Assembly: GCF_000150275.1 (NCBI RefSeq)
Contig: NW_002060962.1
Coordinates: 861,205-925,204 of the forward strand
DNA: 64,000 nt
Direction: 5' to 3'
Source of the DNA: Trichoplax adhaerens
Taxonomy: Eukaryota > Animalia > Placozoa
Both the position numbers and the translations under genes were made by a program. Shown piece after piece: positions 42,492 to 55,981 of this stretch. Under the pieces are notes generated by a model. It ran no database searches and was not told where the DNA came from. It saw nothing but the letters and a program-made list of their open reading frames with translations. The first letter of the stretch is position 1. Every line of letters starts with the position of its first letter.

Positions 42492-43561
42492 GCTTTGTAA
42501 GCAAACTCAATATATTCGCTTTCATTATATCTACGGCAAATGTTCACTACTGGTAATAACCATAATGTTAGTTTAATTGACTGTATAATATATACTGTAT
42601 ATTGTCGCTCACTCGCCTTCAATTACTATCGATATTCTTTATGTACGTATAAAACTTTACCGGCACTTGGTTGAATTTTAGCAAGCAGTGAGAATAATTA
42701 TAAGGTCACTGTGATAAGCCAGTACGAAATTTCCAAATTTGTTGAAATTTAGGACCTAATTAGATCTTATACAAAGATAATCTGCACTTCGCTCTACAGC
42801 ACTCTGGCCAAATACAACTGCCAGAAAGACTTGTAGAAAGAACTACTGAATAACCTAAAGTTGCTTGCTGGAACAGTTTTTCTAGTGTTTGCTGCTACGA
42901 TTAGCGCTATTACTAGCCTATACTTTATCGTAGTGATCTCAAGAGTAGTTAGGCTTATGCTATTACAACTCAATTGCGTTTATAGCCCAATAATTATTAT
43001 AGAATAGGCGCCATCCCGGAATACAATTGCTAATTGCTCTACCTGAAATTCAGCTGGACTGTCGAAATGGGAAACTACAGCTTGCCTTTCGTTCATAAAT
43101 TCAATCGTGAATAAAAAAAATCCTTGTCGATCAATCAACTAAAGGCTAGCTGATTATGTAAGTAGGCGTCTTATGTTTTAAATACTCTCTCCTGGAAATC
43201 TGTTGTAATTATGGATTCAATTTTATTTTTGCTATCTTTTATATTATTATACGGTACAGTCAGAGTCTGTCTGTAGATCTACGGCACGGCACGTTCAGCT
43301 TTAATAGACTTAAATAGACTCTCCTTATGACGCAATCTCTGGTAGTCAGGAAGTGACTAGAACCATACCGTACAGTATGATTAATTCCCCCTTAGGCCTT
43401 GACTAATCAATCGCAGTTATAGCTTGGCACACCCAGGATAAATGAATTGTATAGTTTTCAGGGGCGACGTGTCTTTTCTCTCTCATTAGACGATCTTTAC
43501 AATAAAAAAATTATTCCAGCAATCGCCATTATCCGTCATCTTTTAGCCTAAAAGAAACAAC

Positions 43562-46500
43562 ATGTCTGCACCAGTTAATATGGCTCAACAGCCAAGGCAG
43601 TATCCTCAGTCTTATATATTAAATCCCTATGTCTTGCCTGTGCAGTATAGAAAAGCGTCTTTCGGAATTAGTATTACCATGATTGTCCTTGGAGTTGTAA
43701 CCATGATCATAGGTGGTATCAGCTTTGGCTTTTATGGATATTGGCGATACCTTAGTATCATCACTGGTCTTGATTTATGGGTTGGATTAGGTGTAAGTAA
43801 TTATGATATTTTTACTATATATAAGCATATACCAATATGTAGTGTATTTAGAATATACTGTAACTATATTCTACTCTTAAATATAGACATGTTGTATTGA
43901 TCTTATATTTAGACATATCTACAGTCTGTTCGCTCTACATTCAAATATGGCTTACTACATTTAGTTATTACCGTCCTCGCTATTTTCTACAATCATCTGC
44001 TATTCTATAACCTGTTATGGTATATGTTGTATCTAATCCTACAATCATGTTCTCTTCATGTGTTCTAATGCCATAGCTATAAATACTACCGTTTTCTACC
44101 TTAGATTTCTAAAGTTGCATTATTAGTCATAGTTAGTATTCACACTTTACTCACGGCAGCTACCACGCTGACCTACCGTAATTATCACATTGTACCTAAC
44201 TACTATCTACAAGAAAGTATCCTCTTTTCTTAAGCTCATTGTGCAATTCTCTGCTCGGCGACTAAAACCACATTATCTGACTCTTCGAACCCTCCATCAC
44301 ACAACATATTAATTAATCGATCTTACTATACTGTACTTAGCCGTTTGATTACAATATTTAATTTTATTAATCTAGTTTTTTAACTTGTATACTGTATCTG
44401 ATTCAGACTTAGTTTTCAACCATCAGGACCTTATTTTATTTAATTCAACATAAATATACTCTATTATGATAAAATTGGTCTACTCAAAATATTAAACCGG
44501 AAAGTTCCGCTACTGAGTCAACAGTTATACGAACTCGAATAAAATATACAGCGCGGTACTCGTAGTGTCTCTCTATGATATTGAGTTAAACCCTTCAGAA
44601 TGATCAACTGAGGAATATTTTATAAATAAAATACATCGAAACCAGATTAACGGAGATAGAGAAGATCTCCCGTGTAGGTGGAATGACAGTTAATCCAATT
44701 GATGACATATCGATCGCTACGTAAGCAACGTAATCTCTTATATACCGTAAGAACGGTAGCAGTTTTGCTATTAAAAAATTAGTGTAACACAACCTCCGTA
44801 GAATTTATAAAAAGTGTGTATGAATGCTTTATAGGATATTTATATTGCTATGTAATGTTGCAATTAATACTATTCAATTCGAGGATATCAGCTTAGGCGT
44901 ATGTATTGTTGAATTAAAATTACTGTACTTGAGTAATTATATACCTGTATAAGTTATTTATAAAATTTACTAAAAGTGATGTAATAGCCTTCATGATTAG
45001 AATTTTAGTAGTTGGAGGCGAATTTTCTATTATGATACCTCTAAAACTCCTTTCAAGTGACTTTAGCCCCTATTAATTGTTGGTATTTTTAATTTGTTGC
45101 GATACAGTAATACGCATAGATCAATAGCTCAATTCTCTCCTATGTAATACGGGCATAACGGCTGGTTTATTTTAGAATAGATACGACCTGTATATTTAAT
45201 TTAGAGAATACAATTCGTTATACTTTAGTATAGTATCTACTCTGACTGTAAGGAAATTCTAGCGCGCTATACTTATTGACTTTACAGCACGAAATTGGAG
45301 TTCCATCCAAAGTATAAATCTATGCATGCCCGATAGTATTGCTAATAATTCTTGATTGCAATGTCTAGCTATAATTTACCAAGGTAGTGTTAAGTAGATA
45401 ATATACAAATAAAATAAAACGGTAAGAATTTAATGACGAATATTTCAGTATTATGAGTAGCTTCAGTGTTATGTAGGTGACACAATAAATATCAATAGAG
45501 CTAACTGTGATAATTTTACGATATTAATGTATTATAATCAGTGAATTACCCTTTCTAATGTATGGAGTAAACATCTTATAAGTCATATACTGTATGTTGT
45601 GCTAATTTCAGCCATCATCGTAGCTAATACACAACTTAGCCCTCTACTCTAAGTAAACTTGTGCAATACATTCGATATCACTATCTTTACGCAATGTATA
45701 TCTAACAGTGCGAAATTATTCAGACATTCTTTGCGAAATAATTGAAGATAATCTCTATCTTAGAGCAGTAATTGAATTCATAATCTTAGCTAAATGAGTA
45801 ACAGATAAATAGATGATTTACCAATGTAAATCAAGACTTTATAGCATTTTTGATATATCGATACACTCGTATTTTATCTTTAACACAATATGGTACCGGT
45901 ACTTAGTGTCACCAAGACATGTATATTAAATATAATGATTGTTAATAGCATTTTCTTGCATTCACTTCAACATATAGTACCTCTTGGCTGGAATTTTCGG
46001 AGTTGTTGTCCATACTAATCAAAGCAATCCTCACTTGGTAGGTTGATGTTTATATTGTATGTCAACAAAAAAATTTAAGATTATGCAACCTTACTTTGAA
46101 TACGAATGTTAATAATGAATAATGGAGTTGAATTAAATATTATAGAGATATCCAGCTCATCAGCTATATTTCTTAATTCTTGTATACTTGCTCACTTTGT
46201 GATATTTTTAATTACTTTTGTAATATTGCGATAGTATTGTGATTTCAGCCGTTTAGTCATTTAAAATATCACAATTTTACGATTGAATAATCAAATTGTG
46301 AATGCTTTCTGTTCTCAGATGCACTGCTATTATGCCTTTTCCATCATAAGCCTCATCTTTTCGATTATTCAATTCGGCCTCAGCATTCCGTCTCTCTTTC
46401 AATATTATTCGTATTATAATGCTTTATGGAACCCTATTGCCTCTTTGACGATGTCTGTTGTTTGCTTCGCTCTAATAACGACAATTGTAGTTATTTTATC

Positions 46501-47686
46501 ACGATCCATCTACTGCAAGCCAGAGACAATGGTATGTACTACTATATCGCAATTATTTAAACGTATGCAATCCATGCAAATTACTTGTATTTTCGACCGT
46601 AATTGAAATTGATAGGAATATATTAGCGAAAGTTATTTTAAGCTGGGTGCACCTTCAATAAGAATCTAGATTTTAATTCTATAATATTGATACATAATAG
46701 ACTTTACTGTACAGACTATCTTTCATTAGTGACGTAGGTATATGCGTTACGTATATTATTTCATGATTACTAACTATTACTGAAGAATGGTAGAAGCAAC
46801 CACAATCATATATTCAAACTATTAATTAATCTTACATAATTCAGACTTTTAACAACTGGCAATACAAGATAGATTTTCTATTTTTACTGCTTAGTTGATT
46901 TAATAATTAAAAAGTGCATTTGTAAAAGTAACTTTTAACGCTGTTGACTTAACAACACTATGTTTAGAATTCTGCAACTATCCAATATCGTGGTGGTCAG
47001 CAGCAAATGATAGCAATTCAACCTAATCAACCAGGTATTCTATAAATATTTTAAGAATGTTATTACGATTTAAAAAAAAGTACTTTATAAGATTCACTAA
47101 TTTTACAACTATAAATATATCTTCTTTGATCAAGATTTGTAATTTATTATTGTTGTACGGTATTTTGGAGATATCTTACTAGTATATACCTTAAGTTTTT
47201 AGAAAGTATTTCTACCTTTATTATTAAAGACTAATCTAGTTTTAACTTGAGCTATTCTTATGTATATACAATAAAGTTATGGTTATGCAACCTACCCAAC
47301 CGATGTACGTACCACAAAATCCTGTGGGTCAGTATTCTGTTATGCCACCGCAAACAGTAATCAATTCGCCTCAAACGGTGCAAGTTGCGCAACCAGCTCA
47401 ACCAATACGGTATCAGCAAGTTCAACAATATCCTAACCTACAACCATACCAGCCTCCACAGGTTTTACAACAATCGCAGCCACCGTCACAACCACATATA
47501 CAGCAAGTTCAGCAAGCAAGCCAACCAAATCCACAATCTACTCAACAGCAAGTACAGTCAAGCTTGCAGAATGCTCCTGGTCAAACACAGCCAAGTATGC
47601 CACAATCTGAAACATCATCGACTAGGCAACAACAACAACATACTAATGTGGAAGAGGATAAAGAGGCTTTGATTAAAATATCTTAA
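43562..47686 (+). CDS. CD20/MS4A-like four-TM protein D (326 aa, Q/P-rich tail)
   Basis: Exons 43562-43792, 45978-46037 (60 bp), 46319-46531, 46968-47034, 47277-47686. Confidence 0.85.
43838..44301 (+). mobile_element. Solo LTR (464 bp) in intron 1 of gene D
   Basis: TGTAGTG...CCCTCCATCACA with TSD CAATA/CAACA. Homologous to 30490-30977. The paralogous intron of gene E (~51350-51375) shows the empty site. Confidence 0.85.
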
Positions 47687-48539
47687 GTTAGTATATATAT
47701 ATATATATACTTATAGCATGTACAAGATAGACGATATTGTAATTTTAGTTCTGACTACGGTAAAACACAATCGGTATCTTTACAGTAATCCTCTTAATTA
47801 AACTTGTTAATTTGTCTATCTGTTCTTTAGCTAGTCTTAAGTTCTACGGTTTAAATTTACATAGTTTTATTGTATAATTTTATTCGGTGTCTTTAGATTA
47901 TCCAGAAATTTAGAATTACTTAAATTTACATTTACACTAAATTACTTAAAAGCTGTGATCATAAAAGCGATCACTACATTAGATTCATAATCATATTGTT
48001 ACTTTAATGACTTTGGTGTACTTATAATGTGGTCGATTAGAATTTATCTCTCTTACTTGATAGCGGCTACTAGCTGATAGTTACAAGACTAATAATTTTA
48101 AATTATCATTCTCAAAGACGTTAAGAAAATGTGGTGCTTGTATTAAGGTCAATTTTTGTAGTTTTAAATAATAAAATTCAGTAGATAGTAATATTGTCGT
48201 ATTAAGAATGGCTATTTATAAACAGATCCTGAAACTGGATAATTCATACTAGCTAGCAACTCAAATAAGTCTGACTAACGATAATACCTTAAGCTGTAAT
48301 TAATAATTATATGAATTAAGGTTTGTTAACATATCTTGGCTATTCCTTAAGTCGTTATTAAAGAATAGCGCAAATCGAATGATTAAGATAATAGCAAACA
48401 TATTTTAGTTACCATGAATTTTATCTATACATCGTTCGTTCGAATAATACGTGTCGTATATACGTATTTAAGCAAAACATTATGCGGCTACATCTACCTT
48501 GGAATCATACGTACTGCATCACATATAAGAGTATCGGTA

Positions 48540-49088
48540 TATCACAACCACACTTAGGACATAGAGACCAAACTAAAGTACTATCTCTTAGCTATCTTAC
48601 TTCTAAAGTGACCCCATGTAGTTCTAAGTCTGTAAATGAGCTAAATTCAGAACGAGTACGATATGGTTGGGGAACTTATTATTTAATAGCTTGCCTTATT
48701 GATAGATCAAATACAGTAACTACAGCAACAACCTTTAACAAAGAATGGACTTATCTAATTTCTTAAGCCAATAGGTGCAATCTTCAAATTAACCAGCTAA
48801 CAAAATTAATTACCTACCATACGCCGATTTGTACATGGTTATTATAATACATTAATTGTTAAATTAAGTGCCTATAAATTAACTATTACATGCGAGATTA
48901 CACTATTCGTGCAACATTCGCCATGTTAATTACAACACTGTAATTCATGCATTGAAATAACTTAAACCCACACAGTCGTTAATGGAAATCCATCAGTGAT
49001 CCAAATTATCACAGGTGTAATATTCGATTAACAACGAATATTCTTAAGTATCGTCAGTAATTATTGACGACAACACTAGGTCGTAAAA
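48540..49088 (-). mobile_element. Old, degraded solo LTR (~550 bp)
   Basis: Insertion relative to the paralogous block at ~41610-41625. Its left end tatcacaaccacactt resembles that of 25407. Flanks CGGTA/TGGCA (2 mismatches). Confidence 0.55.
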
Positions 49089-49328
49089 TGGCAGAAAACT
49101 AGTTTATATTCAATTTTACGGTTAGCAAAATTGATCAAGGCGAATTTTATGTAATTCTATTGATTTTCTCATAGTGCATCGAACTGCATATATAGTCTGT
49201 TGCAAAATTGCTTAAGTCAGAGTCATAATTAGTTATTTCGAGGTATATACTTGTAATAGAATTCGTGTTTAAGAGAATTTTTGTCGTTGCTTCTTTTCGC
49301 AACTTTAACCCAGTTTAATGTAACTGTT

Positions 49329-49922
49329 TGTTACGGCACTAGGTCGCCTAAATTTTAGAATTTAAGAAAGTGCTGTTGCTGGCAGTTTCTCAGTGTTATA
49401 GCATAGGAAATGCTAGGATTTATTGTGCTTACAACTGTAGGAATTAATATCCGATAGTAGATCAATATTACTCTTGCTTTATTCGAAAAATGAAATCTCT
49501 GAACGTTATTTGTAATGTGATACATTTATTAGTCAATAAGGCTTGATGATTACGTACGTAATTTAGACAAGATTGTTCTTTATAAATATGTTTATCTTTT
49601 TATCTAGTTACATCATCAGGGTGTGTCTGGTATTTCTTTGTTAAGATAAACGATTATTCATGAGTCTAGTTATTGGTTTGAATCAGTTGAATTTGAGAGA
49701 GAACAGTGAGTAGTGAGTTATTGAATGAAGCTGCTTTGTAGATTATGGTACAGCGTGTCTACTGGCTGTAAGCCTTTTAGAAGGGCAGTTCTTAGGCGTT
49801 ATAGTAGCAGCGCTATATTCTTACTAGATCTTTCGGAAGATTAGGGTAGTAATCTGCAGAATCAACTCAAAGTAAGTGCTTTAAGTTAGACTAGTAAACT
49901 TGTCAGGAAGTAGTTCGTGACA
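49329..49922 (+). mobile_element. Solo LTR (594 bp)
   Basis: TGTTACGG...TTCGTGACA with perfect TSD CTGTT (49324-49328, 49923-49927); TATAAATA at ~49581. Confidence 0.8.
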
Positions 49923-51081
49923 CTGTTCTACAAAAATAGATGATTAGTTATGCTTACAATAGCTTATGCTGTATGATCAAACGATATCAACACATGTGTG
50001 CACAATATTAGTACGCTATAACAGAATATAGCTTGTAAGCAGAGAATAGAATAAATTCTATCGGTAAATTCGCAAGTAGAATGATTTTAACAAAATTGTA
50101 GAGTATGCGCTTTTACCATTAAAAGCTTCTAGAATTATAATTTATATCGAAATCAAATCGAAAAGCAAAAGTTTACTTTAATGGCATGTGAATAAATATT
50201 ATGGCAATGATTCTAAAATTTAATGATGCTTAACTTTTATTGAATCTCAATTAAGAGATACATACTCAAAAAGTGATACTTAGAATAGATGTTATACTAA
50301 ACCAAGTATATTATGTTGAAGTAGATTATAGAGTGATAGTCGTTTTAAGAAAGTAGAAATGTAAATGTACGAAAAATAATTACAATTTTGGGCTGATTAC
50401 CATAAAAATTTGATTTTTGGCTGAGTATAAATTAATTGTAGGAGGATTTATGGCCTGCAGCTCGTTATTGTGCTTTAAGTCGTAACATTGAGGCAGAAAA
50501 AAAATTCATTAGAACCATACTACATCTATCCTTTCGTTCATAAAGTCAACCGCAGAGAAAAATGTTCCTTAGATAATGTTTTAAATAATTTCTCCTAGAA
50601 ACTTATCGTAATTATTGATTGGATTTTGTTTTGTTGAGGCTTATACTATTATATAGTTGGAGTTTATCTGAAGGTCTGTAACGCGTCCAGCATTAATTAG
50701 AGCATCGCAAACAGTAATACTTATACGTAATTCTTTTCGTTTCGAGGTTAATACACGAAATTTAATACAGCTATGTATTCTACTCATTATGTAATTTATG
50801 ACTACCAGGTAGTGACTAGTACCATAGGCTACTAGGTGTATCTGTAATTTACATAGTTGTCCTTGCTAGTACAATACCGTACCGTATAATATCTAATTAA
50901 TTCGCATAAGGTCATAGCTAATTCATAATTAATAGTTATAGGCTGGCACACCCAAAATTGAGCGAGTGGTATAGTTTTCAGGCGCGAGTTGTCGTCTCTC
51001 GTTAATTAAGCTTCAGAATAAAAAGTATTCCAACGATCGCCATCATTGTTATCAGTCATCTTTTAGCCTGAAAGAATCAAC

Positions 51082-54000
51082 ATGTCTGCACCAGTTACAA
51101 TAGCTCAACAGCCAGGGCAGTATCTTCAGACTTCTGTAATGCATCCTTATGTCTTGCCTATACAGCATAAGCAAACGTCCTTTGGAATAAGTGTTACCAT
51201 GATTGTCCTTGGATTTGCATCTATAGTTACGGGCGGTATAGGTTTTGGCTTTTATGGATATTGGAGAAGTCTTAGTGTCATCACTGGTCTTGATATATGG
51301 GTTGGATTAGGGGTAAGTAATTATGGTGTTGTTACTGCATGTAAGCGTATATTAGTATGCTAATCGATCTTACATATCATACCAGGTTTTTAGACAAAAG
51401 CGTAAATTGTGTTAATCTTGCTTCTTGCTTTATCTCACCTTTGTACACCTTAAACTCTCTAATTTTCTATTGTCAGTACTTTTTATTAAATTTAACATCC
51501 ACACACCCTTACCTCTTTATGATTAGAGAACGAATTACCCTGTATTACTATAAACTACACAATTCAATCCTTTGGTTAACTATACGATCGTGATAAAATT
51601 AATCTATCCAATACTAAGATAGTCAAATTTCGTCATAGAGTAGAAAGTTGTACTGGTGTAAGTAAAATAGACGCTACGCTACTTGTGGCAAGTGTTTATC
51701 TAAGATATTAGGTTAGATCTTTAGTACGATGAAACAAAGAATAAATTATGAAATAAAAATTCGCCCAAGCCATATTAAGTAGTTGTATAATTGGCAGTCT
51801 GAGAATATAGCTTCTGCGTAGACGGAATGACAGTTAATCCAACTGACGACATAGGTTAGAGATGATAAAGCATGGATAAAAACTATTTGTATAGCTTTCT
51901 TGCGATTAAAAAACTTAAAAGTCGATATAGGTCGCTAGGAATGCAATATAATGTAAACCAGCGGGGAATGTTATTCATTGTAGACCTCTACAGGATACTG
52001 GTATTGTGATATAATGTTGTGAATTATCACTCTTTAATTCGAAAATTTTAACATATGTATTGCTAAATTGCAATTACGCACTTGATCAATGATACACGTG
52101 TATGTATACAGGTAGATTATAAAAGTTACTAATAATGATGTAACAACCCACATCATTAGAATTTCAGTAGATGGGGGCGAATCCTCTACTGCGATCCCTC
52201 TAAAACCCCTTTCAAGTGACATTAGCAGCTCCCAATACATTATTGGTATCTTTAATTTGTGATAATGCAGTAACAGAATAATAATTTAAATTTTTCCTAT
52301 GCAATGCGAGCAAAATGACTAGTTTGATTTCAAAATAACTCTGTAATATACAGTATACTTGCATACTGATATCTGAGTAATGTGGATACATTCTAACAGG
52401 AATGTAAAATGAAACTTTATAAAATCAATAGATAATCGATTAGTTATAGAATATAATGAGTAAGACGTGATTTTGACTTCATTTTTGGTAATTATGCAGT
52501 TTAATTTTAATTTCTACATACTCATATAATCCTGACTGTGAAGAAAATTCTAGCATACCGTGCTCGAGAGGTTACATATTTATTGATTTCACAATACTAA
52601 GGTAGAGTTTCACGCAAATTATTTTATCTATAGATACCTAATAATGGCGCTAGTAATTATAATTTTTGATTGCAAGGATCAGTAAAATTTACTAATATAG
52701 TATTAAGCAAATATCCAAATAAAATAAATAGTAAGAATTCGATTATAAATATTTGAGTATTACTAGTAGCTTCCGTTCTCTGTAGGCGATACATCAAAAA
52801 CTGATAGAACCAATTATGATCATGATATAATAATAATCTGTGATTTACTCGTTCTAATTTAAGGAATAAATATCTAATCAGCAACATAAGTTGTACTAAC
52901 TTTCGGTCATCACCTTGGCTAATACATGACTATTTTAAAACAGCTTTCGTGATTAGATCTAAACTAGCCTATCTACTCTACTTAGCCTCTGACTACCTTA
53001 GGAACTTCCTCTGTAAGGAAACTAACCTTTTCCAATAATAGAGAATTGAGTTAAATGATAGGGATTTAGGTTCGTTGAATTTTATTTACTGCTGACTATT
53101 GTACATCAGTACGAGTGTGCTCTACACTCGCCTCAGTGTAACTGAGATTAAAACTAATAATCAAGCATACACATATTCTCGCGATGTAAATCTAATATTA
53201 CGAAATTGTTCAATTACTTTTTATGAAATATAAAATAATTCTTTCTATTTTGCAGTACTAGCAGTATTTGCAATTATAATTGCTTTCAAATTAGTAACGG
53301 ATAAATATTTAGCTTACCAACATAAATCAAGGCTTTGTAACATTTTCGATTTATCACTACTCTCCTTCTTTTTCTTTAGTACGCTATGGTTATTGTTATC
53401 ACCAAGACATACATATATTACATAAAATGATTATTAACAATGTTTTCTTGTATATACTTTAATGTACAGTACCTCTTAGCTGGAATATTTGGAACTGTTG
53501 TCCATACTAATCAAAGAAATCCTCATTTGGTAGGTTATTGTTTTGTATAGTAAATCAACAGAGATCAATTTTAAATTACATAACGGTACTTTTAATACGA
53601 ATGTTCTTAATGGATGCTGGAGTTCAAGATCAGGTATTGTAGAGATATCTAGCTCATCAGCTACGTTCAAAAATTTCTAAGTATTAGCTTATTTTTGATA
53701 TTTTAAGTATTTTTTATGTTATCATGGTAATATAGTTACCGTAGCTATTTAAATATTCAAAGGGTTTTCCTCCAGGTTTTCTAGGAAAAATAAGATGTTG
53801 AAAATCTATTTTCACGATTGAATAATCAAATAATCATGTTTTTTAATTTTCAGATGCACTGCTATTATGCGTTTTCTATCATCAGCCTCATCTTTTCGAT
53901 TCTTCAATTTGGTATCAGCATTCCAGCTATCATCTATTCGTATTACGGTATTATTTGGCACGCTATTCTTTCATTGGTAATGTCTATCGTTGGCTTTGCT

Positions 54001-54948
54001 TTAATAGTGACGATTGTAATTATTTTATCGCGAAACATCTACTGCCAGCCGGGCTTAACGGTACGTACTAACATCTTAGTTGTTGAAGGTATTCATTTCA
54101 TGTCAATTGCTTATATTTCTTGACTGTAGTGAAATTGATAAGACTATATTAGCGAAAATTATTTCAATTTGCATTATACATGCGATAAGGATTTAGATTT
54201 TAATTCTGTACCATTAGTATATAATAGATTTTACTGTACAGATTATCTTTCACTATCAATCAATTTTCCTTAATTTCAACTTATAACAACTGGCAATACA
54301 GGAATATATTTTATATATTTATTGCTTAGTTGATTTAACAATCAAAAATTATAATTTGTAAAGTATTTTTTTAACGCTATGTGCCCTACTTAAACAACAT
54401 TTAGAATCCGGGAGTTGTGCAATATCATGGTCATCAGCAGGCAGCAACTATTGTGCAATATCAAGGTGGTCAGCAGCGAATGGTAGCAATGCAACCTAAT
54501 CAACCAGGTATGCTATATATTTTTAGAAATAATAATGTAATTAAAACGAAATACTTTACAAGATACAATAATTCTATGATAATAAATATATCTACTTTGA
54601 TCAAGACTTACAATTTATTGATGTTGTACAGCATTTTTTGGGAGTAGCTTACTAGCATGCTGCTAATATTTTTAGAAAGGTATTTTTAGCTTTAGTATCA
54701 AAAACTAATTGAGATTTTAACTTGCGCTATTCTTATACATATATAATAAAGTTATGGTTATGCAACCTACCCAACCGATATACGTATCACAAGCGCCTGG
54801 TGGTCAATACCCTGCTGTGCCACCGCAAACAGTAATCAATTCACCTCAAACAACGCAAGTTGTACAACCAGCCCAGCCGATACAGTACCAGCAAATTCAG
54901 GAACTTCCCAAGAAGCAGCCAGCACAACCTTCAGAGGTTTCAATGTAA
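51082..54948 (+). CDS. CD20/MS4A-like four-TM protein E (265 aa), close paralog of D
   Basis: Exons 51082-51312, 53470-53529 (60 bp), 53854-54060, 54405-54507, 54752-54948. Introns and promoter align with gene D. Confidence 0.85.
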
Positions 54949-55197
54949 TTGTCGTAACCTTAAGTACAAAAAGTTCACAAATTATTCAATAGTATGAATA
55001 ACCAAATGTGCCACAACCTGGAAAGTCACCGACTACGCAATTAATTAAACTTTTTAATTTATCTATCTGTTCTTTAGATAGTTTTAAGTTCTATGTTTTA
55101 AATTTACATAGTTTTATTGTGTAATTTTATTCGGTGTCTTTAGATTTATCCAGAAATTTAGGATTACTTAAATTTACATTTACACTAAATTACTTAA

Positions 55198-55247
55198 NNN
55201 NNNNNNNNNNNNNNNNNNNNNNNNNNNNNNNNNNNNNNNNNNNNNNN
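55198..55247. other. Assembly gap
   Basis: Run of N. Confidence 0.99.
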
Positions 55248-55736
55248 ATTNTACGTTAAACACTAAGTTGGACAATTCTTCTTTATTTCACGATATACTG
55301 CATTTATATACTATTCCTCAATAGTTCATGAGTCATAGTTAATACAATTAACATTAGAATCATTTACTGAATTAGATATTAATTTTAGCTACTGCTCTCT
55401 TAATGCAGACAACAGTATTTACGAACATAGACATGTAATAACTAATACAGAATAGTCAGATTACGATATGTCCTATCACGGAACATTTCCATGATAATTT
55501 ACAGTCTATCATAAGTAAATTACAATCACAATGATTCGAACTGTAAGCAGATGATTTGCATTCCCTATTATAACTATTATAATTTCAGTATGTGTATAAG
55601 TGTCACTGTCATAAAAAGTCAGTGCTATATTAAAATACAGTATATCCAAATTAGAAGTTAACTAAATAAGGATAGTCTAACAGAATTATCCTAACATAGT
55701 TATTTCTACTGTAATACAGTATTTAAGACTGTAACA
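55248..55736 (-). mobile_element. Probable solo LTR, one end lost in the gap, inserted in intron 1 of copy F
   Basis: Unrelated to the equivalent part of the E intron. It ends ...GACTGTAACA (reverse complement of TGTTACAG, as at 1136) exactly where identity to E begins (GAAATATAAAA, 55737 vs 53225). Confidence 0.55.
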
Positions 55737-55981
55737 GAAATATAAAACAATTCTTTCTATTTTGCAGTACTAGCAGTATTTGCAATTATAATTGCTTTCA
55801 AATTATTAACGGATAAATATTTAGCTTACCAACGTAAATCAAGGCTTTGTAACATTTTCGATTTATCACTATTCTCCTTCTTTTTCTTTAGTACGCTATT
55901 GTTTTTGTTGTCACCAAGACATACATATATTACATAAAATGATTATTAACAATGTTTTCTTGCATATACTTTAATGTACAG

